From: Caedibacter taeniospiralis | GTDB taxonomy: Bacteria; Pseudomonadota; Gammaproteobacteria; Francisellales; Francisellaceae | NCBI RefSeq assembly: GCF_002803295.2 | Contig: NZ_PGGB02000004.1 | Span: forward strand, 82,265-101,900 | DNA length: 19,636 nucleotides | Direction of reading: 5' to 3' | Shown: piece after piece, positions 9,867 through 19,636 of the stretch | Layout of the letters: every line of letters begins with the position of its first letter | Position numbering within the stretch: position 1 is the first letter of the stretch | Notes under the pieces: model-generated | The model's database searches: none | The model's input: the letters and a program-made list of their open reading frames with translations, nothing else | Told to the model about the DNA's origin: nothing | Made by a program: the position numbers and the translations under genes

Positions 9867-10625
9867 TTAAAGTTTTGATGTGCAAAGTGTCGAAAATAAC
9901 AAAGCCAGTGGTGAGATGCGAATACTCTGTGTAAATGGATTATCGATCTTTTGTACGAACTTTTTAACACATAAATTTTGCTGCTTGTGCAATAGAATGA
10001 GTGGTTTTAATTGTTTATAGGGCAGGTTTAACTGCGATATCATGATTTGCGCAGGCGCTAACAACGATTGAATAATCAGTCGGAATGTGTGCTGATTCAC
10101 GCTTGGGCGAAGCTCTTCATGCAGGTGAATGTTGCGTGAAAAATGTTTGCCAATCATTAAGATGTGCCGCAAGAGCTCATCGACGTGATTAAGGGTTTCA
10201 ATGGTCTTTATATCTTCGAAACCAAGTACTTTTGCCTTAAGTATTGCAATGCCAAGGAAGCTTTGACCTAAATCCAGACTGACTTGATAGTTGCGCCCTT
10301 TAGCAGTGGTGATTAAGGCGTATTGTAAGTCCTGCTGCAGAGGCTTAGTGAGCTCATCCATAGTGAAATATGCGCACAGTTTATCAATAAGCGGATGATT
10401 GCGATGTGACTTGGGATTAGTGAGTGCCTGCTGCCACCACTGCAATTTTTTCAGGCTTGGATAAGGTTCATGATAAAGCTCAGACGTCCTAAGCCATTGG
10501 TATTTTAGCTGATCCAGTGCGTAGAGTATTATGGTGGTTTCAGCATTGCATTTACGGTAAGCGTAGTAGTAAAGAGTCCCTGTTTTTGGAGTATTTTCAG
10601 TTAAGCACTCATATAGATAATCCAC
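9867..10625 (-). CDS. Squalene/phytoene synthase-like (NDUFAF6-like) protein
   Basis: TGTLYYYAYRKCNAETTIILYALDQLKYQWLRTSELYHEPYPSLKKLQWWQQAL resembles the N-terminal helices of the family. The canonical Asp-rich motifs are not obvious. Confidence 0.55.
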   Translation of the reverse strand: MDYLYECLTENTPKTGTLYYYAYRKCNAETTIILYALDQLKYQWLRTSELYHEPYPSLKKLQWWQQALTNPKSHRNHPLIDKLCAYFTMDELTKPLQQDLQYALITTAKGRNYQVSLDLGQSFLGIAILKAKVLGFEDIKTIETLNHVDELLRHILMIGKHFSRNIHLHEELRPSVNQHTFRLIIQSLLAPAQIMISQLNLPYKQLKPLILLHKQQNLCVKKFVQKIDNPFTQSIRISPLALLFSTLCTSKL

Positions 10626-11293
10626 TGGCGTAATTGCTCCAAATTTGAGATTTTAAAATCATAATCGCTGCCTCCAAGTACACAAGCTTCGTAACCATAT
10701 TCGGCAAAAATGCGATAGCAATGTGCATGTTTAGCAGCAAGCATATCACTTTTGGTGTCACCTACATAGGCGCAATATTGAGGGGATATGCCAAGAGTTT
10801 TGACAGCGTAAATCAGTGGCATCGGATGTGGTTTTTTATAATTTAAGTCATCGGCGCACACAACGATACGCGCTTGATCATAATAGGGGACTTTAGCCAA
10901 TACAGACTCAGTAAGCTCACGCGTTTTACTTGTCACTATCCCCCATGAAATATCATGTGATTTTAGGGTTTCAATGATTTCTTTAACCCCTTGAAATGGG
11001 TGAGTTATGCTTACTGCGTGGGTTTGGTAGTGGGAAAAAGCTGCGTGTTTTAGGCTTAACAGTTGATCCTTGTTGAGTTTGTTATTGATTTTTTGTAATA
11101 GAAACTCAACACCACGACCCGCATGCTGTCTAAGTGTACTTGCCTCAAAATCAATAGTTAAATTATGACTGGTAAAGGCATACTGTATGGCGCTAAATAT
11201 TCCTGTCGATGAATCAAGCAATGTGCCGTCAAGGTCAAATAAAACAAGCTTAAGCTTAGGTTTCTTTTTTGAACGCGGCGATGTAGTTGACAT
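10601..11293 (-). CDS. gph: HAD-family phosphatase, phosphoglycolate phosphatase / MupP-like
   Basis: LVLFDLDGTLLDSSTGIF, GIVTSKTRELTE, YKKPHPMPLIYAVKTLGISPQYCAYVGDTKSDMLAAKHA. Confidence 0.88.
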   Translation of the reverse strand: MSTTSPRSKKKPKLKLVLFDLDGTLLDSSTGIFSAIQYAFTSHNLTIDFEASTLRQHAGRGVEFLLQKINNKLNKDQLLSLKHAAFSHYQTHAVSITHPFQGVKEIIETLKSHDISWGIVTSKTRELTESVLAKVPYYDQARIVVCADDLNYKKPHPMPLIYAVKTLGISPQYCAYVGDTKSDMLAAKHAHCYRIFAEYGYEACVLGGSDYDFKISNLEQLRQWIIYMSA

Positions 11294-11954
11294 CTGCGTT
11301 ACCCCCCAAAGATAAACGCCTGGTCAATGGGTTATAATGGACACCCGTGATTTTTTTGATCTTCAACCCATGTCTATGTGCGCTGTTTATCAGTTCAAAC
11401 GGTTTAATATATTTGCTGTATTCATGCGTGCCTCTGGGAATCATATTCATGACATATTCCGCCATGACGATTGAAAGCACAAAGGATTTCAAATTGCGAT
11501 TAAGCGTTGAGAAAAATACCCAGCCATTTTCTTTACACAACTTTGCACAGGACTCGATAATGCTGTTAGGGTCTGGAACATGCTCAAGCATCTCCATGCA
11601 GGTGACGACATCAAAGCTTAAAGGTTTTTCACAAGCCAGTTGCTCCACAGGTTGTTTTAAATAACGAATAGACAAGTTGGACTCTAATAAGTGGAGCTTA
11701 GCCACATTGAGTGAGGCATCGGCCATATCTAAACCTGTCACCGTTGCACTGTGTCTGGCAAGCGCTTCGGTCAGAATGCCACCACCACAACCAATATCGG
11801 CAATATTAAGCCCTGAAAGCTTACCTGCAAATTGTTGAATAAAGGCAAGACGCAGCGGATTGACCTGATGCAAAGTATGAAACTCACCATCCTCACACCA
11901 CCATTGGTGTGCAAGGGCGCTAAACTTATTAATCTCAGATTGATCAACATTCAT
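11256..11954 (-). CDS. ubiG: Ubiquinone biosynthesis O-methyltransferase UbiG
   Basis: NVDQSEINKFSALAHQWWCEDGEFHTLHQVNPLRLAFI, SAM-binding IADIGCGGGILTEALARHSATVTGLD, EMLEHVPDP. Confidence 0.95.
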   Translation of the reverse strand: MNVDQSEINKFSALAHQWWCEDGEFHTLHQVNPLRLAFIQQFAGKLSGLNIADIGCGGGILTEALARHSATVTGLDMADASLNVAKLHLLESNLSIRYLKQPVEQLACEKPLSFDVVTCMEMLEHVPDPNSIIESCAKLCKENGWVFFSTLNRNLKSFVLSIVMAEYVMNMIPRGTHEYSKYIKPFELINSAHRHGLKIKKITGVHYNPLTRRLSLGGNADVNYIAAFKKET

Positions 11955-12040
11955 GATGAATTGTAATTGTATATAGAATCTGAGTTTATCATAACAAATG
12001 TGGCGCTTGATAAGATATAAAAAACAGCACTAGCATTTTG

Positions 12041-12671
12041 TTAATTGAACCGAGGTGTTTTGCCGTTAAATACATCCACAATGGCATCAATAATCTTCCA
12101 GCCTTGTTTACGAGCAGTCGATAGTAAAGTACGAATACGCACAAATTTCTGGGCCCCAGCCTCACTACGAAAGCAACCCGAAACTTTTTGCTTTACCTTC
12201 ATCATACGCAAGTCATTCTCCGCTTGATTATTGGTAAATGGCACCTTAGCATCATAAATAAATCTCAATACCTCAGCTTTATAATCACCTAAGCGTTTTT
12301 GAGTCGATGCGATAACCAGTCTCATCCAAGTGCTTCACAGGCGCATTTTTAAGTCTCGCCAATATCTCTTGCTCAAACTCAATCAGCTGATCAGTACACG
12401 TTTGACCAGATTCGGCAATACTCGCCGTTGCCACACAAACACCAAATAAATCTTCTAACAGTTGTTGGACTCGTTGCTCAGGAATAAAATGTTGGGTTTG
12501 CAAATGCGTCGCATAGCTTTTATTAGGACGTACAAACCATCGCTTGAAGGCGGTTTTGAACTGTTGCGACTATTCTTAGAATAGCCGCTTCTTAAGTTGC
12601 TCAATCTCCTCTTTTAGTCGAGCATTTTCACGCTCAAGCGCGTCGATTCTGGTTAATAGCTCTTGAATCAT
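12041..12671 (-). pseudogene. Degraded IS66-family transposase (frameshifted, internally deleted)
   Basis: From ATG 12671: MIQELLTRIDALERENARLKEEIEQLKKRLF*, then frameshifted KNSRNSSKPPSSDG, then [32 protein letters not shown], then [48 protein letters not shown]. Central catalytic part missing. Confidence 0.88.
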
Positions 12672-12817
12672 TTTTTTCTAGGATCGTGTCCATTGGTAAG
12701 ATTACGCCATACTTATTTGCAAATGAAAATACCTGATCTGGAAAAAATGCCAAAATTCATCATCTATCAAAATTTAACCTGCTGGGTGGTTACAGCAATT
12801 CTCAAGTTACAGAAACG

Positions 12818-12842
12818 AAAAAAGGCACCCTGAGGTGCCTTT
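12818..12842 (-). terminator. Rho-independent terminator of the rRNA operon
   Basis: Minus strand AAAGGCACC-TCAG-GGTGCCTTT followed by a T run, just downstream of 5S. Confidence 0.93.
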
Positions 12843-12852
12843 CAAATAAAAT

Positions 12853-12968
12853 ACCTGATGATGTTCTACTTTCACATGGCGAATGCCACACTATCATCGA
12901 CGCTAACTGTTTTCACTTCTGAGTTCGGAATGGAATCAGGTGGTTCACAGTCGCTATTTTCATCAGGT
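12853..12968 (-). rRNA. rrf: 5S ribosomal RNA
   Basis: Complementary ends CCTGATG/CATCAGG and conserved CCATTCCGAACTCAGAAGTGAAA core; position after 23S. Confidence 0.93.
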
Positions 12969-13107
12969 AACCTGCGAGCAGAAAGCTCTAACAATCTATC
13001 ATAGAGTAATAACCAAGTCTCTCGGGCAATTAGTACTGGTTAGCTTCATACATTACTGCACTTCTACAGCCAGCCTATCAACGTCGTAGTCTTCAACAAC
13101 CCTTAAG

Positions 13108-13239
13108 CTAGAGACTAGAAACTAGAGACTAGAAACTAGAGCTTGAATCGCTTCGCGATGAATTGATTTATAAAAAACAACCCATCTTGCAAAGCAAGAC
13201 TCAACTCCTAGTTTCTAGTCTCTAGTTTCTAGTCTCTAG
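13108..13239 (-). mobile_element. Heptad-armed insertion in 23S helix 98
   Basis: Perfect 32-bp inverted repeat 13108-13139 / 13208-13239 made of CTAGARA/CTAGTYT units, enclosing two hairpins (ATCGC-TTC-GCGAT at 13147-13159; TCTTGC-AAA-GCAAGA at 13185-13199). Confidence 0.85.
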
Positions 13240-13262
13240 ACGGGAGATCTCATCTTGAGGCT

Positions 13263-13295
<33 letters not shown>

Positions 13296-13463
13296 ATTCC
13301 GAACGTAGCTACTGGGCTATGCCTCTGGCGAGACAACCCAAACACCAGCGGTTCGTTCATTCCGGTCCTCTCGTACTAGGAACAAACCCTCTCAAATCTC
13401 CTACGCCCACGGCAGATAGGGACCGAACTGTCTCACGACGTTCTAAACCCAGCTCGCGTACCA

Positions 13464-13544
<81 letters not shown>

Positions 13545-13570
13545 TCCGTCGATATGAACTCTTGGGAGGA

Positions 13571-13626
<56 letters not shown>

Positions 13627-14045
13627 AGAACCACCGGATCACTAAGACCTACTTTCGTACCTGATCGAGCCGTCACTCTCTCAGTTAAGCGCACTTTTGC
13701 CTTTATACTCTTGGCGCGATTTCCGACCGCGCCGAGTGCACCTTCGTACTCCTCCGTTACTCTTTAGGAGGAGACCGCCCCAGTCAAACTACCCACCATA
13801 CACTGTCCTCGACTCTCGTCTGAGTTAGAACTCCAAAAATATCAGGGTGGTATTTCAACGTCGACTCCTTCCATACTAGCGTACGAATCTCTTAGTCTCC
13901 CACCTATCCTACACAAATATTCTCAAAGTCCAGTGCAAAGCTATAGTAAAGGTTCACGGGGTCTTTCCGTCTAACCGCGGGTACGCTGCATCTTCACAGC
14001 GATTTCAATTTCACTGAGTCCCAGATGGAGACAGTGTGGCCATCG

Positions 14046-14127
<82 letters not shown>

Positions 14128-14150
14128 TGGGGCTTCGATCCAGAGCTTCT

Positions 14151-14451
14151 CCTACCACTTAATTACTCTGATATTTCTTCTCTTAAGCCTTTATACAACA
14201 AACTCCTCATTCGATTCGCTCGCTTTAATTTAGCTTCTCTTAACCTAGCAAGCTTTTCACTTGCGTAAGCTTCGTAGTAGACAAGAATCCAATCTCTCGT
14301 TCGGCTTGTATATCTACTTCTACCCGACTTATGCGAATCAATCCTTTTCCTTAGGTTTTCACTATAACCCACAAGTAAAAACTATCTAATTCTTTCGAAT
14401 AAATCACGTATACACAATACATATCAAACTCCAAAATAATTAAGTGGTAGG
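14151..14451 (-). mobile_element. Intervening sequence in 23S helix 68 encoding a GIY-YIG ORF
   Basis: Perfect 15-bp inverted repeat CCTACCACTTAATTA (14151-14165) / TAATTAAGTGGTAGG (14437-14451). The E. coli equivalent has only a short hairpin here. Confidence 0.85.
14163..14422 (-). pseudogene. GIY-YIG endonuclease domain ORF inside the 23S IVS, single frameshift (or recoded)
   Basis: ATG at 14422 with GGAG upstream gives MYCVYVIYSKELDSFYL, then a frame change to GYSENLRKRIDSHKSGRSRYTSRTRDWILVYYEAYASEKLARLREAKLKR...EEISE*. Span is 260 nt, not a multiple of 3. Confidence 0.8.
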
Positions 14452-14591
14452 ATAACCCCTTCAATTAACCTTCCAGCACCGGGCAGGCGTCACACCCTAT
14501 ACTTCCTCTTCCGAGTTCGCAGAGTGCTGTGTTTTTAGTAAACAGTCGCAGCCACCTGGTATTTGCAACCTCTTCACGCTCCAGACGTTCA

Positions 14592-14691
14592 CCTGACCAC
14601 TAAATTCCACGTCCTACAACAGGCTATCAACAAATTGTCTATCTCTACAACTCTCAACAGCTTTCATCCATCATAGAATTTAGTGGTCAGG
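14592..14691 (-). repeat. Extended 23S helix 63 arm, perfect 16-bp inverted repeat 14592-14607 / 14676-14691
   Basis: CCTGACCACTAAATTC / GAATTTAGTGGTCAGG enclosing 68 nt; longer than in E. coli. Confidence 0.7.
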
Positions 14692-15245
14692 CAAGTCCTT
14701 CACCCTAATGAGGCACACCTTCTCCCGAAGTTACGGTGTCATTTTGCCTAGTTCCTTCACCTGGGTTCTCTCATCGCCTTGGTATTCTCTACCCACCCAC
14801 CAGTGTCGGTTTACAGTACGGTCAATGGTAATTTATGCTTAGAAGCTTTTCCTGGAAGCCGAGCATCAATCTCTTGGCAGAACCCCGTAGAGCCCTGTTC
14901 CCTCTCACGCCTCAGATCATCATACACCCGGATTTGCCTAAGTGCACTACCTACACGCTTTCACCTGGACTACCATCCGCCAGGCAGACCTAGCTTTCTC
15001 CGTCTCTCCATCGCAACTACCATCGGTACAGGAATATTAACCTGTTTCCCATCGACTACTCCCTTCGGATTCGCCTTAGGCGCCGACTTACCCTACGTTG
15101 ATTAACATTGCGTAGGAAACCTTGGGTTTTCGGCCAATAAGAATCTCACTTATTTATCGTTACTCATGTCAGCATTCGCACTTCTGATACCTCCAGCACA
15201 CTTCTCAATGCACCTTCATAAGCTTACAGAACGCTCCCCTACCGA

Positions 15246-15678
15246 CTAGAAACTAGATACTAGAAACTAGATACTAGAATAGACATCAGCTATATCTTCT
15301 CTGTATACCTCTTAACATTCGCCCAACTTCGCAATACCTCTCATCGTAGCCCCTATGACTCTCCTGATCGATATACCCTAAGTCCCTTGCAAAATCCAGC
15401 CACACCCGGCATTCATCGCAAGAGCCTATCGCTATCTGAACAAACCTTCTTACTTCCTTTTCACTCGCTTGCTTGCCCATCCCTTCCGCTATGTTCGCAC
15501 ATATGGATTTGCTCGCTCGCCTTAATTGACTCCCAATCTCACACTGTTCTATCCGCGGCCACTTCATACTCTCCACGTGTAGCTCCAGCGCTAACTGATA
15601 TGCCTTCTGATATACTGATAAATTGTGATACGGCATCTTATCTCCTCTAGTCTCCAGTTTCTAGTCTCTAGTCTCTAG
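15246..15678 (-). mobile_element. Heptad-armed IVS in 23S helix 45 encoding an S23-family protein
   Basis: Starts CTAGAAACTAGATACTAGAAACTAG and ends CTAGTCTCTAGTCTCTAG, replacing the tip of helix 45 between conserved 23S blocks. Confidence 0.9.
15286..15636 (-). CDS. S23 / four-helix-bundle family protein encoded in the 23S IVS (116 aa)
   Basis: LSVYQKAYQLALELH...EIGSQLRRASKSICANIAEGMGKQASEKEVRRFVQIAIGSCDECRVWLDFARDLGYI; preceded by GGAG Shine-Dalgarno just before ATG; same strand as the rRNA. Confidence 0.93.
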   Translation of the reverse strand: MPYHNLSVYQKAYQLALELHVESMKWPRIEQCEIGSQLRRASKSICANIAEGMGKQASEKEVRRFVQIAIGSCDECRVWLDFARDLGYIDQESHRGYDERYCEVGRMLRGIQRRYS

Positions 15679-15734
15679 TCCCGCAGCTTCGGTGTATCGC
15701 TTAGCCCCGTTAAATCTTTCGCGCAGGCCGACTC

Positions 15735-15798
<64 letters not shown>

Positions 15799-15833
15799 AT
15801 GCCTTCCCACATCGTTTCCCACTTAGCGATAAC

Positions 15834-15871
<38 letters not shown>

Positions 15872-16291
15872 CCACGACGGACCTTAGCACCCGCCGTGTG
15901 TCTCCCGTGATTCAACTTCGTCGTATTCTAAGTTTGCATCGAGTCGGTAAGATCGCAAAATCCCCCTAGTCGAAACAGTGCTTTACCCCAACGAGTCATT
16001 CACAAGGCACTACCTAAATAGTTTTCGGGGAGAACCAGCTATCTCCGCGCTTGATTAGCCTTTCACTCCGATCCACAACTCATCCCATAATTTTGCAACA
16101 TTACCGGGTTCGGTCCTCCAGTTGGTGTTACCCAACCTTCAACCTGGTCATGGATAGATCGCGTCGGTTTCGGGTCTACTCCTAGCGACTGTCCGCTCTA
16201 TTAAAACTCGCTTTCGCTACGGATCCCTTATTCAGTTATCCTCGCCACTAAAAGTAACTCGCTGACCCATTATACAAAAGGTACGCCATCA

Positions 16292-16436
16292 CTAGTCTCC
16301 TAGAAACTAGAAACTAGAGACTAGAAACCAGGAGTCGTATCTTGCTTTGCAAGATGATTTATTTTTGTAAATTAATCATCGCGAAGCGCTTCAACCCCTA
16401 ATCTCTAGTCTCTAGTTTCTAGTCTCTAGTTTCTAG
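16292..16436 (-). mobile_element. Heptad-armed insertion in 23S helix 25 (core inverted relative to the helix 98 copy)
   Basis: CTAG...CTAGAAACTAGAAACTAGAGACTAG arm, core with TCTTGC-TTT-GCAAGA at 16340-16354 and ATCATCGCGAAGCG, then CTCTAGTCTCTAGTTTCTAGTCTCTAGTTTCTAG arm. Confidence 0.85.
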
Positions 16437-16768
16437 CTCTGACTGCTTGTACGCAAACGGTTTCAGGTTCTATTTCACTCCCCTCATCGGGGTTCTTTTC
16501 GCCTTTCCCTCACGGTACTGGTTCACTATCGGTCAGTCAGTAGTATTTAGCCTTGGAGGATGGTCCCCCCTTCTTCAAACAGGATTTCTCGTGTCCCGCC
16601 CTACTTATTCGTATACCTAGTTCCACATCCAAGCTTTCGTCTACAGGACTATCACCTGCTATGGTCATCCTTCCCAGAATGTTCGACTAACTCACATGCT
16701 AAAGTATACCAGGCTCTTCCCCCTTCGCTCGCCGCTACTTAGGGAATCTCGGTTGATTTCTTTTCCTA

Positions 16769-16799
<31 letters not shown>

Positions 16800-16876
16800 C
16801 GCCTCACTTAACTTACGTCAGTGATACCCCACTCTTAAAATACTCATTCATGCACAAATTACACCCTCTACTCACT

Positions 16877-16933
16877 CTAGTTTCTAGTTTCCAATCTCTA
16901 GTTTCTCGAAATGAATAAAGTGCTGAGCACTTT
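16877..16933 (-). repeat. Partial heptad element in expanded 23S helix 9, adjacent hairpin AAAGTGC-TGA-GCACTTT (16917-16933)
   Basis: CTAGTTTCTAGTTTCCAATCTCTAGTTTCT only; no opposing CTAGARA arm. Confidence 0.65.
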
Positions 16934-17106
16934 ATGAGTGAGGTGGGTTCCCCCATTCAGATATCTTCGGATCAATGCTTATTTGCCAGCTCCCCGAAGC
17001 TTTTCGCAGGCTATCACGTCTTTCCTCGCCTCTGACTGCCAAGGCATCCGCCGTTTGCGCTTATTCTCTTGGTCATTACTCTATAATAAATTGTTAAAGA
17101 TCTCGG

Positions 17107-17255
17107 CTCTAGATACTAGAACGCTCGCTGCGCTTACTCTAGAAACTAGAAACCAGACTCGAATCGCTTCGCGATGATTCATTTAAAAAATCATCTCGCA
17201 CAGCAAGATTCAATCCCTAGTTTCTAGTCTCTTGACACTAGTCTCTAGATGGTGG
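17107..17255. repeat. Spacer element copy 1 (23S / tRNA-Ala spacer); 149-bp direct repeat
   Basis: Reads identical to 17325-17473; the last 6 bp are the shared 3' end of the tRNA. Confidence 0.93.
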
Positions 17256-17325
17256 AGCCAAGGAGGATCGAACTCCTGACCTCCTGCGTGCAAAGCAGGC
17301 GCTCTCCCAGCTGAGCTATGGCCCC
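17250..17325 (-). tRNA. tRNA-Ala (anticodon TGC), 76 nt
   Basis: GGGGCCATAGCTCAGCTGGGAGAGCGCCTGCTTTGCACGCAGGAGGTCAGGAGTTCGATCCTCCTTGGCTCCACCA. Confidence 0.97.
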
Positions 17326-17467
17326 TCTAGATACTAGAACGCTCGCTGCGCTTACTCTAGAAACTAGAAACCAGACTCGAATCGCTTCGCGATGATTCAT
17401 TTAAAAAATCATCTCGCACAGCAAGATTCAATCCCTAGTTTCTAGTCTCTTGACACTAGTCTCTAGA

Positions 17468-17473
<6 letters not shown>
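17325..17473. repeat. Spacer element copy 2 (tRNA-Ala / tRNA-Ile spacer); 149-bp direct repeat
   Basis: Reads identical to 17107-17255 at an offset of 218 bp. Confidence 0.93.
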
Positions 17474-17544
<71 letters not shown>

Positions 17545-17658
17545 ACTAGATACTAGAGACTAGAGACTAGTTTCTAGAAGTATTCTAGTTTCTAGTCTCT
17601 AGTCTCTAGTCTCTAGTTTCTAGTTTCTAGTTTCTAGTCTCTAGTTTCTAGTCTCTAG
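17545..17658. repeat. Heptad arrays in the tRNA-Ile / 16S spacer; (CTAGTYT) run of about 10.5 units at 17585-17658 opposed by a short CTAGARA run at 17547-17571
   Basis: Direct reading: CTAGTTTCTAGTCTCTAGTCTCTAGTCTCTAGTTTCTAGTTTCTAGTTTCTAGTCTCTAGTTTCTAGTCTCTAG. Confidence 0.92.
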
Positions 17659-17775
17659 AAAAAACATCATTTGTAAACACTCAAATACTTCTCGCTCTTT
17701 CTTAATTTCTTTCGTACTTCAAACATCAAAAATTCAACATTCAACATTAAAAATTCAACATCATACTCGTACCTT

Positions 17776-19412
<1,637 letters not shown>

Positions 19413-19636
19413 AATCCTTAGATCATAACCACTTATATCAATTTTGAATGTTTAATTATGAATGTTAAATTTAAAATAACTCAACACACAATTAAACATT
19501 TAAAATTCAAAACTAACACAGTGACTACAATCCGCAATATTCTTCGCTCAAAGTATTCAAGTATCTACATCTTATATCTCTTTAAACATCTTCAAAAACC
19601 CACTACCTGGGCACCTGCACCGAACATTCTCAGCGA

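Noticed and set aside
14151-14451. Group I or group II intron in 23S helix 68
   Set aside because: At ~300 bp, mostly ORF, with no recognisable catalytic core, and flanks that pair to extend the native helix. An IVS fits better, though RNA data are needed.
14779-15105. 108-aa plus-strand ORF
   Set aside because: Antisense to conserved 23S blocks; no family signal.
15387-15650. 87-aa plus-strand ORF overlapping the S23 gene
   Set aside because: Shadow ORF antisense to a clearly coding, family-matching minus-strand gene.

Overview
The window reads as a gammaproteobacterial (possibly Legionellales-like; inference only) chromosomal segment. The left ~12 kb is ordinary gene content: thrA (open at the left edge), a vapBC-type toxin-antitoxin pair, an outer-membrane beta-barrel protein, a DUF378-like protein, rimO, a carbon-nitrogen hydrolase, an aromatic amino acid permease, a short MGMT-like protein, a secreted Ser/Asn-rich protein, a squalene/phytoene synthase-like protein, gph/mupP-like, ubiG, and a decayed IS66 transposase. 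The right ~6.8 kb is a complete rRNA operon on the minus strand (16S, tRNA-Ile, tRNA-Ala, 23S, 5S, terminator), and it is heavily invaded. Short elements with arms of a 7-nt repeat (CTAGTYT / CTAGARA) occur in 16S helix 6, in 23S helices 9, 25, 45 and 98, and on both sides of both spacer tRNAs. Several copies share a two-hairpin core that occurs in both orientations. The helix 45 copy carries an intact S23-type four-helix-bundle ORF. A different insertion in 23S helix 68 has a perfect 15-bp inverted repeat and a frameshifted GIY-YIG endonuclease ORF. I did not see these heptads in the 13 kb outside the operon. This rRNA-restricted element family is the main candidate for an undescribed system. 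Most long ORFs in the rRNA part of the track are spurious.
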